DNA from: Sphaerodactylus townsendi
Taxonomy: Eukaryota
Assembly (NCBI RefSeq): GCF_021028975.2
Contig: NC_059426.1
Coordinates: forward strand, 143,778,001 to 143,842,000
DNA length: 64,000 bases
Direction: 5' to 3'
Shown one piece after another: positions 49,800 to 63,752 of this stretch. The notes beneath the pieces are model-generated. The model worked only from the letters and a program-made list of their open reading frames with translations, was not told the DNA's origin and searched no databases. The position numbers and the translations under genes were made by a program. Each line of letters starts with the position of its first letter. Position 1 is the stretch's first letter.

Positions 49800-50009
49800 C
49801 ACGTCTGCAGCTTTCTGTGGGTCTGTTTGGGAACTGAGTTCGTTCTCTCCCTCCTCCCCCCCCCCCTTTTTTTTTTCCTGGAGGCTGTGTGGGATTGAAC
49901 TAGCTGAGTTAATGCGGACTGGGACCCAGCTGGGTTGTTTCTTTTTCTGCTTCCAAAAAAGGAAAGTCGGCAGATGCTTGCTCAACAAGCAGCCAGGTCC
50001 CCGGGCTAG
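49800..50009 (+). other. Candidate alternative first exon
   Basis: Locally CpG-enriched unique sequence ending TAG|gtgagc. Confidence 0.35.
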
Positions 50010-53000
50010 GTGAGCTGAGAGCATCTGGAAGAGCTGCAAGGATCTTTGGGGAAGTGGAATGACTGGCAAGCAGAGGTAGCTTCAAAAAGTGGTTTTAATG
50101 ACCTCTTGGCAGCCAGGGGGTCTAGGCCTTGGAAACTCAGTGGACCTTCTGTACTTTTCTCCTTAGCATTAGGCCCCTAACACTGAGCTGGGGCACTGGG
50201 TCGTAAATTGCTAATGAGAGAATCTCTTCTTGCCTGAACTAACGTCAATCCAGAAGTGTGAGAAACAGTACCAAAAAGAAACACAACTCTCCATGGGAGT
50301 TTTGGCAATCATCTCAGATGCTGCCATGCCTAGGGTAGCATGGTATCCATGTACATTTTGCTATTTTCCCAGAGCTGTTCCATTACATAGATCATCACAG
50401 GGCTGATAGTCTCTGTGTAGTTTTCCTAGATAAAATACTCTAGCTAGATTAACATGCTTGATAGGAGAAATCTAGGCAGAGGAATTTCTAGCTAAAAACA
50501 TTTCTACTGCACTTTTTTCAATCAGTGTTGGCTGAATCTGGCGGGTTTATCATGCACTTCACTGCAGGAGGCTTTGTGTGTGCGTGTGTGCGTGGTCTAC
50601 TGTGTATAAGATGAGGAAGTGGATGCAGCATACAGTCTTGGAAATGTGCCCCAGATCCTTTGATACTGGTGCATGCTTGCCTTGAGAATTACATACTACC
50701 ACAAGCAGCATTGGCTTCAAAGTCAAAAGTGATGCCACAGCATCTTCTAGCCTACGGTGTTGTTGAGAGACCTGGGATGCAACTCTCACCTGCCACTGAA
50801 CTTGTGCTGGAGCTGAGCATTTCTCAATATCCTTTGTAGCACTATAAAGAATTCTTGTGGCGAATGGTCCCTTTCCGCTTAATGTTACTGCTTCTGGCAT
50901 AAGGCCTAAAGTGCACCACAAGCTTACCTGCAAAATTGTAAATAGTCCCGCAACACACCTCTCAGATTGTGCCCTAATTACACTTGGGTATCAAAATCTG
51001 TTAGGTTTATCTTGGGTTTCAGCTCACTCTTTCTCCACAGTTAACACAGACAGAGTGCTGTACCCATGCTAGTTCCTGTATTGAGGATAGGACATAACTC
51101 AACCATGTATCAGCGACTTTGCTCATGCAAAATCCCAGGTACAATTTCTACCATTTTCAAGTAAAAGCCCCAAGTTGTAGTTGGTATGTATCCTTCCACT
51201 GGAGACTCAGAGGATTCGCTGCCAGAAACAATCACTCAGACCTCGTGAGATCAATAATCTGACTCAGCAGAAGACAGCTTCATGTAGAGTGGGGTCATGA
51301 CTTAGTGGTAAAACATTTGCTTTGCATTCAGAAGGTCCAGATGTTACCAGACAGACCTATTTGGGGGGGGGGCTGCTTTCAAAATGGTGCTCCTACTTAT
51401 CCCACCAACCTTGTAGGTAGCCTAGGAATGCAGTGCCAAGATAGAATGCCATTCTACATTGGCTCAGTGTCACCCATGAGGACAGAAAAACCTGTCCAGA
51501 CTAACCCTCGCCAACATCAGCCTTGCCTCACCTCTTCTTGCAGAGATTAGGAAAAGACAATATCTTTCAACCTACAATGCCAGTTCCCAACTCCAGCCCT
51601 GACTCACATGTCTCAATGAGACAAAGGGTATGTTAACTAAGATTTCATCAAGAGTTCCTACCAAAATACTAATCTTATCTTCTAGTTTCTGACTAACCAG
51701 TGCAACGACCACCGTCATTTACATTTGGCATTTTCCACAGTTGTTATTGAATCATCTTCACCCTAAAAAGCTATCTCCATGCATTCCCTGGCTTAGAACA
51801 TTTAGCCAAGTGACAGACCATTAACTATCGACCGCTTAACTTAAGTGTCCAACACTTAAGTGTCCAACACTTAAATTAAGTGTCCTTCTCTTGTCTTCCT
51901 TCCAGAAGGCAAGAATATCCTTTGTCCTTAGAGATTAGGGTCACTTAACATAACCTGAGGGGCCATTTCTCATTATAACTATCCCCCACGCCCAGCATTC
52001 AGTGTTCAGTATTTTCCTAGACATCTCTCTGTCTGGATAATACTGTTCCCAGCATGTTGCCTTTCTTCTTCTACTGGAGCTCAGCATGAGTCACTGAACT
52101 CTGCTCATCCGATCAGTCCTCTTCTAGATCCTGTAATTATTGCCTCATTCTCCCAAAATCCCTCGCTTTTCCAGACTTTTACTTTCAGCACTATTTATAT
52201 CCTAGAACAGTGTGAATTCTCTGCTGCTTTGATCTGTACCAGTGCGTTTCTTATTTTTACTCTTTTAATAAAAAGTGTTAAACTTTTACTCTCATTTCCT
52301 GCGGATTTCTTGCAGAATTCTATCTCTGTACACTCTGATGACAAGATCCCAAGCTTATCCGGCCCCTCACTATGTTAGGTCTGCCCTTGCTAATTCCCCC
52401 ATTCTAAAAGAAGCAGGCCACACTATTTCAGGTAACACCAGCTTCAGTGCTTGGCATCCATTTTCACGGTTTCTTCTAGTTGAGGTTCTTCTTGGCCTCA
52501 TCTACAACAAAGAATCCCAAGGCAAGCAGTAAAAAATTATGTAGAGAAAGGGAGCAGCTCTCAAAGTTCAGCATTCTTCCTCCCCATGCCTGAGTTTTTT
52601 GGGTTTAATTGAACCTCTTTCTGCTTTTGTAAAACTCACGCTGTTCTTAGAGTGGTTGCAGTCACCTGCATTGTTGCGGAAACTCAGAGTCCACTATCTT
52701 TCCCGAAGGGACTTCCTAGCTGCACATGGCTCTGCGAGTTCCTCACCCCTTCTGCATACTGCTGCAGCAGTCTAGTGATTTACATGAAGGGACCAGTCAG
52801 ATGTTTGTTGTAGCATTTCTTTTCCTGGAATTTGTGTTAATGTTGTGGTGATGTCTGTGCATCGGTTCCTTGAGCAAGAAGGGGGAAATGATAGTTCAAA
52901 AAGGAGGAGATAAAACTTGTCAGGAATTCAGGTTAGTGCAGATAAAGCAGAGGCTATTAATTAAAGTCTTCTATTGATAATCTTTGCAGGAGTCCCCCCC

Positions 53001-54292
53001 CCCCTCAAAATCAAGGCTTCCCAGGACGCTGGCGGAAGTCTTGCTCATGTCACTAACAGCAGTCACAAGCTGTTTCATCTGCAATCTGATATCCTTGTGA
53101 AGTGAGTGGGCAGCTGAGCTCCTGCAAGTAGGGAGAGCTGGCAGAATGAAAGCTGCAATTTTCCGGGGCTGGGCTCCTGTTTTGGAGGGTCCTAGACAGA
53201 GATGCCCAGCAGCCCACTTCCCTTCCTTTGCACGCTATTAGGCTACTTGCTCAAGCCACCCTTTCAGCCAACCTACCCATGTGCCACCAATTTGCCTCTG
53301 CCTCCTTCCCCTGCCTGCTTACAAGCCCTTCCACTGCCTGCACTCACATCTTTTCCCCAATGGTGCGGGGCAGCATGTGCACCTGGGAGCACAGGTGATA
53401 GTATGCTCAGGCTGCAGGTGGATGAAATGCATGTATGTGGGTGGGTGGGTGGCAGTGGAGGCCCACAGGCAGGAGGGTGGTGGCAGTCAGCCCCATCAGA
53501 AGCCCTGGCCCATGGCAGCTTCCTCACTTCAGGGGGTCATGATGCTGGCCTTGAATTGTAACTTCATCACAGTTAACAACTACTAAAGAGCACCTATAAG
53601 GGGAGAATGGAAGACAGCGTTTGAGGATCTGTATCATGTGTAAATCAGTTGCCTGTAAGTGTTCACTCCAAAACCTTTGCCACCATGATTGTGAGTACTA
53701 GGGGAGATGCACACATCAAGAAGTGCTGCTCCACTGCATGAAGAATTTCCACATGAGATACGGTACCTTTCAGTTGGCTCTAAAGACTAAGTGCAGTCTC
53801 ATGCGGTTTCTCTACAACCCAAGCACCAGCTGAGAGACAGATTCCCACAATTCTCTGTGGCTAAGCGCTTAAGCCAGCTTCCAGTTTTGACAGTAAAGCA
53901 ACTTATCAATAAAACCGAGAAGCCAACCATAAAACAGCAGCCTTAAAATCGTCTGTTAAAAGCTCATTGCAGTAGGAATCAATGGAAAACCATCACTGAA
54001 ACATATCTAACAAAGCAGGAATAGGAGAAGGACAATTGGGCCAATTTTGGGGAGCAGGGGAGAATAAACTAAAGAGCAAAATAATTAGATATTTCTTACA
54101 AAAAACAACCAGTGTTTTCTATTCCAACTTAAACACACACACCCTTTGATGTTCTTGGTTATGGCAGAATGTTGAATGGAAATGGACTTTAAATCAACTA
54201 GCAGACACTGAAAAATGGCATGAGAATCCATACAGGATGGAAGCCAGCAGGCAGGTTCAGACAACAGCTTCCCATCTGGCTAATTTAGTGTT

Positions 54293-54530
54293 GAAGAGTT
54301 TGTATTTACACTTCATTGTGTGCAACCATAAGGGAGTCTCAAAGCAACTTACATATTCTGTCCCTTCCTCTCCCCTCAACAGACACCTTGTGTGGTAGGT
54401 GGTACTGAGAGAATTCTGAGGGAACTGTGACTAGCCTAAGGTCACCCAGTAGGCTTCATGTGGAGGAGTGGGGAAACAAATGTGGTCCTCCAGATTAGAG
54501 GCCACCACTCTTAACCACTAAACCACATCA
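54293..54530 (-). mobile_element. Squam3-type SINE
   Basis: Reverse complement of head, CORE and tail. Confidence 0.8.
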
Positions 54531-55734
54531 TAATGGGTAGAAAGATACCAAAAGGAGGTGAAGTGGTTTCAGACAAAATTGCCATTTTGACCTTTGCATC
54601 CAGCATAAATTTTACTAGAGGACTAGAAGAGTGGCCCAAAGCCCCTGAGTAGTTGGAAAGTGTTGGATGCACTGAATTGGGTGCACTTGACATTTGAAAA
54701 CTGTTCCTTTTTAAATTCCAAAACTAAAAGCCACTTATTACTAAAACCATCCAAAGCAAAACAGCGCTGTGAACTTTCAAGTTCTCTAGGTTTCATCAGG
54801 TCGGATGTTCAAAACAATAAAAGATGGGGTGGGTGTGAGAAAACCACATCCATTACGATGTGGTGTTAAGGCCTCTTCCCTTAGAATCCTTAGCTGACTT
54901 CCATCTGTGGCAAACTCTTTTCAAATTACATCCTTTCATAGAAGGTAGCTTCTCTGCACAGGAAGCCAGTGTGGCAAAATGGGAAGCCAGTGAATGTTGG
55001 ACTAGGGCTTGGGAAACCCAGGTTTGAATCCCCACACAGATAGTTTGGTGAGTAACTTTGGGCAAGTCGCTCTCTCTCAGCCTAGCCTACATCATCATAG
55101 TGATGTGAGGATAAAATGGAGACGAGGAGAACAATGTCAGTGACTTTGGGAGGAAAAGCAAAGTATAAATGAAGTTAAAGAAAAACAAAAATAGAGGGTG
55201 TGCTGATCAAAGCGGCTTTTTCGTTCTTCTTATGAACCAGGGAAATCCGAGTGGATACCCTTTTAACCAGACAATTCTGCAGCCTCCTCACTGGTGAAGC
55301 TGATTTTATTAAACAAAACAAGCATAAGAGCTGGCCCCAAACTTCCCTAAAATTAACCTCTCAGCAGTGTTATGGTCCTTTCGGGGAGGGGGGTCAGTTC
55401 TTCCACCAGGAACATTTGGGGTTCTCTGCGTGGGATGGTGAACTTGGCCTTGATCACCTCCTCTTCTGAGCACCTTCCGAGCGACATGTTACATTGTTTT
55501 TTTTCCAAGGGGAAAATTCACTTTCATATTCAAGGAGACAAACCCTGAGTTTATGTGTGCAATTTAATTGGATAATATTATGTGTGCTATGTAATGTGTT
55601 TTTAATTGTCTTCTTGCCCTCAGTTTATATGTCTTGCATGTAGTGCTGTTTGTCTTTGGACGGGGCTTCACTAAAGTGTTGTTAATGCTTTTGTGACGCT
55701 CATTTCCTATGCCTTTCACACCTCTTCCACGTAG

Positions 55735-55911
55735 GTGTCGGATCTGAGAATTTGCTTCTTCTCCCGTATCCTCCCCTGGATAGAAATGCTTTCCGTGTCT
55801 GGCTGTCTTTAAAGCTTCATTGACTCTGTCAGTAGAATAGAGCTGGGAGCAGCAAGACTCTTGCTCATCAGCCGACATATTCACCCACCTACGCAAAAAG
55901 GCAGACAACAG
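55735..55911 (+). other. Candidate non-coding exon
   Basis: Long pyrimidine tract ending ccacgtag; weak donor CAG|gtctga. Confidence 0.3.
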
Positions 55912-56270
55912 GTCTGATCTCCGCCAGCTGCTGAGAAGCAGGGTCGCCAAGGGACCAGCTGTGACTCTTGACAAGCCACCCGAGGGAGGGAGGGAGTGGG
56001 GAGTCTGAACTGCAATTCCTACAGTTTTATCCAAGATCTCGTACCTATTGTTTTTCTACTGCTCATTCCGCTTCCCCTTGGTTTCTTTTTGCCCTTCCCT
56101 AATGTGATGCTGGCTGGGGATGATGTAAAAATAATACAGGAGCTTTAACGACGAACAACATTTATTGTAGCACAAACTTGTGAGTTCATGTCATCACATA
56201 CAAGACGAGTACATCTACTAGGACAACACATTTATATTATGTCCAATGGGTTGTTTTTACAAGGTTCAAA

Positions 56271-56572
56271 AGGAGCAGCAGTGGCGTAGGACGTTAAGAG
56301 CTCGTGTATCTAATCTGGAGGAAGCGGGTTTGATTCCCAACTCTGCCGTCTGAGCTGTGGAGGCTTATCTGGGGAATTCAGATTAGCCTGTACACTCCCA
56401 CACATGCCAGCTGGGTGACCTTGGGCTAGTCACAGCTTCTTGGAGCTCTCTCAGCCCCACCTACCTCACAGGGTGTTTGTTGTGAGGGGGGAAGGGCAAG
56501 GAGATTGTAAGCCCCTTTGAGTCTCCTGCAGGAGAGAAAGGGGGGATATAAATCCAAACTCTTCTTCTCTTC
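56271..56572 (+). mobile_element. Squam3-type SINE, full length and young
   Basis: tRNA A/B boxes, CORE and (CTT)n tail. Confidence 0.9.
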
Positions 56573-56830
56573 TAAATGTAGTCTCCTGTGCGAGCACCAG
56601 GTCATTACTGACCCATGGGGTGATGTCATGTTTCAACATTGACAAGGCAGACTATTTATGGGATGGTTTGCTATTGTTTTCCCCGGTAATCACTTTACCC
56701 CCAGCAAGCTGGGTATTCATTTCTCTGACCTCAGAAGAGTGGAAGGCTGAACAACCTGAAACTGACTTCCATCGGCTATCTGAAACTGACTTCCATCAGG
56801 ATCAAACTGGGAGTTTTGGCTGCAGTCCTG
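56573..56830 (-). mobile_element. Sauria SINE
   Basis: ccccagcaagctgggtattcattt…gacctcagaag…ggaaggctga diagnostic segment. Confidence 0.8.
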
Positions 56831-57134
56831 CAGCTGACCACTCTGTGTTCGGGTCTCTGTTTGTAAGGTTACCTTGTTTTAATCGTAAGCCACCTCAAGC
56901 AGGACTGTGAAGAGGCAGCTGAGAAATATCCTAAAGAAACAAACAGCAAGGTCAGGGAACTGTTACAAGAGAGATCAGTTTAAAATGAAATTCAATCAAA
57001 AATATAATCTATCTAAGAGCAACTGAGGACCAGTCCCAAGTGTTTATAAATCAATCAGAGTAGGAGTAGCATAAAATTGGTGCAGATTAGAACATGAGCA
57101 GCAGATCCAATTAGAAAGTTATTTGGATATAGAG

Positions 57135-57630
57135 CAGTGGTGGCGAACCTATGGCACGGGTGCCAGAGGTGGCATCCAGAGCCCACTCTGTGGGCACGCA
57201 TGTACAGAGTTCATCATGGGGGGGCGGGTTAGAAAATCGCCCCCCACACATCTAGGCTGACCTGGGCCACTGGGCACGACGTGTAGGTAACCCTGTTATG
57301 TGCTGTTAAACCCCACTGATTTTCATGGGAAGAACTAAAGCGCAATCCTTTACCTGGGAGTAAGCTCGGTTGCTGGCAATGGGGCTTGCTTCTAAACCCT
57401 CCTAGGGCCGTTATTCACCCATTGGAAGTGTTGCACGGTTGCTTCAAAGCAAAGCCACTGACTACCACCAAGCTTACTCCCGAGTAATGCACGCCTTGGA
57501 GCCAACCGTTTTTTCTAAACTAAAACCTCAGTGTTCAGGTTAAATTACTGTGTTGGCACTGCGCAATAAATAAGTGGTGTTTGGGTTGCAGTTTGGGCAT
57601 ACTCGGTCTCGAAAAGGTTCACTATCACTG
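57135..57630. mobile_element. Non-autonomous hAT element (TIR CAGTGRTGGCGAACCT)
   Basis: TIRs plus TSD ATATAGAG/ATGTAGAG. Confidence 0.88.
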
Positions 57631-57884
57631 ATGTAGAGCCTACGTGTGGTAGTGGTTACATGTGTTGGACTAGCAGAATCTAGAGACCTGGGAGTGTCAT
57701 GGGAGCTGATTGGGAGACCTTGGCCAGTCGCACACTCTCAGCCTAACCTACCTCACAAAGTTGTTGTGAGGGTAAAATGGAGAAGAGGGGAATGATGTAA
57801 GCAAAGAGGAGAATGAAGTAAGCAGCTTTGGAACCCCATTGGGGAGGAAGACAGTACAGATGAATTAAATATGAACCTGACATC

Positions 57885-58400
57885 TATATACTTGAGGGAC
57901 CGCATCTCCCCATATTGCCCCACTAGGTCCCTCTGATTGTCAGAGGGGAACCTATTAGACGTCCCTGTTCCAAAACACATCCGGCTGGCCTCTACTAGGG
58001 CCACGGCTTTTACAGCCCTCCCTCCCCCCACCCCAGTCGAACAGGCTCCCTAGAGAGACCAGGGCCCTGCGGGACTTGCAGAGTTTCCGCAGGGCCTGTA
58101 AAATGGACCTGTTCCCCCGGTCATTTGGCCAGCCGCGTTGAATGTGACCCCATTTCATCAGGCCTCCAGTGTGTTCAGCTGGGGAGGGAGGGGGTAGGGT
58201 TTTCACTGCCATCTGTCTTATGTTTTATATGGTTCCTGATCATAGTTTTATTAAGTTGTTGATTATGGGTCTTCACACTGTTTTAATTTGTTATATTATG
58301 TCATTCTACTTTCTGTTGTTCGCCGCCCTGAGACCTTCAGGGGAGGGTGGCCTATAAATTTAAACTATACAATATAAATAAAATATATAAATAAATATAA
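57885..58400 (+). mobile_element. L2 LINE 3' fragment
   Basis: YLRDRISPYCP…IRLASTRATAF motif; same family as 6340. Confidence 0.85.
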
Positions 58401-59498
58401 GGGGTTGGATATGAAAGATACTAGTATTTATGGTGAGTAATAGTTGGTTGTATTTAGTAAAAAAAAATTAAAATACGTGCATCGATTGTTTGGCCTACTG
58501 TGTGACACTGAAAACAAAAACACATAATGAACATCTCAGGAGAAAGACTGACTTAGCAAAGCAGCCAGATTTGTGCAAGGTTACCCCCTCCCACTCATTC
58601 CAAAATATGTTCGGCCATTAGAGGCTATCCTGCAGGAACATAAGCTCACATTTGCTCTTGGTGGTTTTTAAAAGGTAATAGCTCCTCAGGTAGCCATTGT
58701 GAATAATATCATGGTCTATATGTTTCCCCAGGCCTGTGGGCAGGCTTCTATCACTGCCACAAAATAACTAACAATAGGATCCTATTCCTGATCTTGTGGG
58801 TTTGCGTAGCTGATGTTGTTCCTAGCAACTTTTAGTTTTCTGTCCTAATATTTGCCATATTTAACACCTGACACCCCCCCACACACACACACACACCTCT
58901 CTTTGAATGAGACATCTCAAAACTCATCTTAGTGCAGGTTATGGGATGGAATTGATCTAGTCCATTGCAATGACACAATCATCCTCCACATAGGACAGGC
59001 TACAGCCTCTGAGAAGACTGTGAGAAGGAGATGTGGACATGAAGATAGTCTGTGCCACTAGGACAAATCTACCTACCTCTTTGTACTTTTCTAGGGCTGT
59101 CAAGATATTTTACTAGCCTTGGTAATGCTGCAGAAGAAACGCAGAGTATCGATGCAGTTGTCAAATGCTGATTGTAAAGTCATAACATTGCCAAACAAGT
59201 TAAAAGTCCCTGCCCAGGGAGCATGCCATCTAATTAGTTAATGTTCGGTTGGTGCTTTGCAGATGGATAGTGCGGAAAATAGTATTAGACATTGTTATTG
59301 TCAAGGTGCAATGTGCTCATTTTGTTGTTAAGTTACAAAACAAGCTGTTAGTAGGGGTTGGAGTCAGACTTCTTAATGGACTAAGGCTTAATAGTGACAT
59401 TTGTCAGACGTTTTGGGGCAAAAGGATGGCTTTTGTTCCAACAGGAACAGGTGGGCTCTTGGCCATGTCTCTCTTTCATCTTGTTGTCGTCATTCAAC

Positions 59499-59577
59499 TC
59501 TGTGCATCTTGGAGGGTTGCATACTTGCCTGGAAAGGATTCTGTGCATCTTGGAGGGTTGCATACTTGCCTGAAAAG
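59499..59577. repeat. 41-bp tandem duplication
   Basis: tctgtgcatcttggagggttgcatacttgcctg x2. Confidence 0.9.
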
Positions 59578-59602
59578 TGGTCTTAAACTAAAATGTAAAA
59601 TG

Positions 59603-59802
59603 TATTGTTGAAGACTTTCGCAGCCAGAATCAACTGACTGTTGTGGTTATTCCAGGCCGTGTGTCTGTGGTGTGGTAGATTTTGTTCCTAATATTTCACC
59701 TGCATCTTCAGAGGTATATCGCAGTGAGACATATCTTGTGGGATGGGAACAAAAACAACCAGAACACAATCACACAGCCTGGAAAAACAGCAGTGGCCAG
59801 TT
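59603..59802. mobile_element. Old inverted Penelope-like fragment
   Basis: Degenerate version of the 9653 structure; hammerhead stem II partly deleted. Confidence 0.6.
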
Positions 59803-60221
59803 AAAACATAGAATTCTTGCCCCTGTGAGCCTGTCCTACTCTGTATATCCTACATTGTCCTGATCAATTGCCTCTTGTGTCAAACATAGTGTTCTTTCTT
59901 CTGAAGACTGGTCCATACTTTCTGATGGCATCAGTTCCTGATACGTTTACACCAATGTCTTAAGGACACAGTGAAAGGGGGAAGCTTAAGTGTCGAGATA
60001 CTAAGGTGCTGTCAGATCTCGGGCCTTTAGTCAATAAACAGACTCTGGATTCTTGATCAGTAGTTTTTATTGAAAGGCTTAGTACGTAGCTTTAGAAAGC
60101 CAGTTCTGAGTGCCCTGGGTTTCCTAGGTCCCTTTATCCTTAGCCCAGTCCCCCCTCCTGAATTCCCAGAGAAAGTGTGAAAAGAGTTCTTTGGAGGCTT
60201 AGATGCCTCAAGGGAGCGATA

Positions 60222-60462
60222 CCATGTTTCCCCGAAAATAAGACAGGGTCTTGTATTAATTTTTGCTCCAAAAGATGCGCTAGGGCTTATTTTCAGGGGA
60301 TGTCTAATTTTTTCCATGATCTTGCACCCCCCCACATGACCGGGGAATCTGTAACTAGGGCTTATTTTTGGAGTGGGGCTTATATTTCAATCATCCTCCA
60401 AAAATCCCAAAAAATCATTCTAGGGCTTATTTTCGGGGTAGGTTTTATTTGGAGGGAAACGG
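60222..60462. mobile_element. Tc1/mariner-superfamily MITE related to 44567
   Basis: CCATGTTTCCCCGAAAATAAGAC…GGAAACGG with TA flanks. Confidence 0.85.
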
Positions 60463-62022
60463 TAGGGACAGATGCAGTCACCTGCCTCACCTTCCCCCCT
60501 CAGGCCAACAGGCACATCTTGTTTCTCAAAGAGACTCCTCAGGGTCATTTGCCTATTTATCTACAATCGGAGTCACAGCTATCAACATCAAGGAAGGGAA
60601 GTAAGGAAAGAGAGAAAGGCCCTTACCATCTCAATCAAGGTGCATATCAATCAGGTTACATGACTGTTACAATCAGGTTACATATACCAGGCTTTGTTCC
60701 TGACAGGTGCACATGTGGACTCCTGTTAGGGAGTTGTGATTTGCATGGTTCCCGGGTGCATATCTACTGTGTATTTAGCAATGCACATCCTCTCTTCGCA
60801 CTTCTTGTTTCCCCTACAGAGAACATGTGAGTGGGAGTGTGGCAAATAGGCCTACCGCTGTGAAGTGTAAATCAACCCTTAATTTAGTAGTTACAGAGAG
60901 CTGCGTTTCAAACACTTGTTTTTGTGTTGAGGTTGACAGCAACGAACAAATAAGAACTAGGGGCCCGAAGTGTTTTGACTCCTGAAGGTCAAGGGTTCTT
61001 CAAGCTCCTCTTGTTCAGGATGGGATGGAGGGAACAGGGTGGTTACCTCTGGTGGGTGGAGTTCACAGTTCCACAGAATAATGCAGTGATTTGTGAGTGA
61101 CCCCGGACAATCAACAAACAGTTTCCACTGAAAAGGCCTATTTGTATATTTGCTGATGATTGCAAGAAAAAAATCCTTTGAAAAAATATGATGGGTGGAC
61201 AGTTCCTAGAATGTCTCAGTGGGGGAAGCAGAGGCAACCAGCCGACTAAAGTTCCTTACGCAGACATACAACTGGAAACCAGGAGAACCTCGCTATTGGG
61301 TCTGGGAGCCAGACTCTCTTCCCTCTTAGTGGCCATCTAATGTAATCAGAGGCTCTTTCTCTAAGGAATCTGAACAGGCTGGTCGCCACACAGCAGGAGA
61401 AATCCCTTCCAGGTTCACAGTCTAGTGATTCATCTCTTACTGCCACGCTTGATAGTCTCAAGGGCTAGACAGTGAACCAGGCAATATTTGAGGCTCTTCC
61501 TCCCCAAACAGTGACCTAGCTGTGGACATCAGCCTTCCTAGTAGGGGAATAACTAAAGCACTGAACCCCGTAAAAATGACGAGTTGCTGCAGAGACAGGG
61601 TTTTGTGCATGTGTGTGTTTGCCAGATTCCTCCCACACATGTAGACAAATGCTCCAAGCAGCATGGCCTGCTAAGTGTGATATATAAACGGCATAATTGT
61701 GGGGGGAAAGGACGGTGCTTGCTGATGGCCAGAGCCCAGCTGAGGTGGCCAAGGATGTAGGATGATCTTTCTTCACGGTCTCTGTTTCCCCTGTGCAGGG
61801 AAATGCACCGTGCTTAGAACTGGGGAAAGCAAAAAGCCGAGCCTTCCTTCTCCACAAAGCTGACCCACCCCAGCCTGATCTGCCAGTCAATGCATGGCTG
61901 TTCCCAGTGTCCAAAAAAGGCAATCTGCAGGGAAGGAGGCCAATTCTTCATGCATCATCAGCTGCGTACACGCTGTAGCGGTCTCAGATGTACTGACAGC
62001 ATCTTCCCTCTTGTGTCTGTAG

Positions 62023-62198
62023 AGGCACCGCTGCTGCTTCTCAGCAAGAAGTGAAGCTCTTGGGCGGTTTTCTGGGAACTTCGTCAGGACTTCGAGAAGA
62101 GATTCAGTGAGCCAGATATTAACCAGGATCACGCGTTCTCCCTTCCCTCCTATTAACATTGCTGCCTGTATTTGGGGATCAGCCAGCTGTTGTCTAGG
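62023..62198 (+). other. Candidate internal exon, probably 5'UTR
   Basis: TACTGAC branch point, pyrimidine tract and tgtag acceptor; AGG|gtaagt donor; no ATG. Confidence 0.55.
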
Positions 62199-63752
62199 GT
62201 AAGTGGAAATTGCAAGGTTTTGTGATTTTTAAGGCAGCATTATTGACTTATGCCATGCTTTCCTCTGTATTAATTTGCATCAGGATTTCTTGAAGCAAGA
62301 TCTTAATCTACTATGCCAAAAGGTTTCCTGTAGACTCTATCATCACAGATGTATTCACAGTAAAGGACCTGGTACAGAAGCTCTTTGAGGTGGGAGATAC
62401 TGTTACGTTTTTGAGTTATGCTTTTAATTATGAGTTCTTCACATGATTTTTAAAACTCCTGCTGGGTTTCTGTTTTATGCATGGAGAAATTGAGCTGTGT
62501 GGGGAATCTTCAGAGCTTTATCTGTACCGTCAGCATCAGGAATAAACAACTCCAGCTTCTGACAAGGAATTGGATAGTGTTCTTCAGCATTTCTCAGTGG
62601 CTTATGGTCTTCTGCCAGCATGTGGAGTAAGGTGGGGTGGGATTGCAACCTTCAGAACTTCATGGTGGAGAAGCCGCTTCTCGGGTTATGTGATTATAGG
62701 AGGAATATGATAAACTCATTATATTCTTTCTAAATAGGTACTAGCTTTCAGACTGCAGAGAGTGCTACTAAAATACTGAGCATTGTGTTGTGCAGGGCTG
62801 AACATGGAGGCAGATGGTTAACTGTACTCATGCCCTCCTGACCTCAAAATGGGATGTAACATTTTGGAAGGATTTCGTTGTTGCAGTTGACCCTTATAGC
62901 AGTTGTCTTGTTGACTTGACTTTCTTGATCTTGAAGCCTTTCCCGTTTCAATGTTGTGTGCTGTTTTGCCCCTCGCAGTATGGTACAGGAAATTGGACAA
63001 CAAGCAAGAATGTCTTCTTGGCACACCACCTAGAAATCCCTGAAGGACATCAAGAGCTAAAATACACAAATGAGATGTGTGTGTTTAAAAAACTGTGAGC
63101 ATTCTTTAAAAAGAAGAGAATTTCTAAAATAGATTTTTATTGCTATGTAAAACTCTTTCTTGTAAATCTGGTTTAGCGTAGATGTTAAAAGAAGTACTTT
63201 GGCACCATTAGCCACATACACATTTTCTTTTGTACTGAAGCAGAGAAAATTCTACACCCCCTCCCGAAAGAGCCCCTCTACAATGATCAGTCAAGCCATG
63301 CAAGTAATGTAATTTATTAATTTAGATATGCATGGACCTTCTTATAATGTGTCTTACATTTGGTCCACCTGAGCTGAGAGTTGTCTGATCTGATTGACAG
63401 CTGCTCTCTGGAATCTTGGGCAGAAAAAGGTCTTGCCCATCACCTGCTCGCTGAAAGCATTTTACTGGAAATGCTAGGATTTGGACCTGGGACTTTCACC
63501 ATGCAAACAGACCCACCAGCCTCACTTCCATCTTGCTTTGCCTTCTGCTTTTTGAATATTGTACCATGTAGAATTTGGAATTCTTAAGGCCAGTGTGGTA
63601 AACAGTTTGCTAAGTAAGAGTAAGTGTGAGTGAAAGAGGGTATATGTTGAGGGAGGAATAACTGTAAGCTGTGGGGATCAGCATGCAAAGCTCAGAATTC
63701 TCTCCCCTTAAACGCGAGAGTTGTGTACATTCTCAAACGGGTGTTCAAAGCC

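Noticed and set aside
60177-60830. 217-aa ORF
   Set aside because: Runs through a non-autonomous MITE; no transposase motifs.
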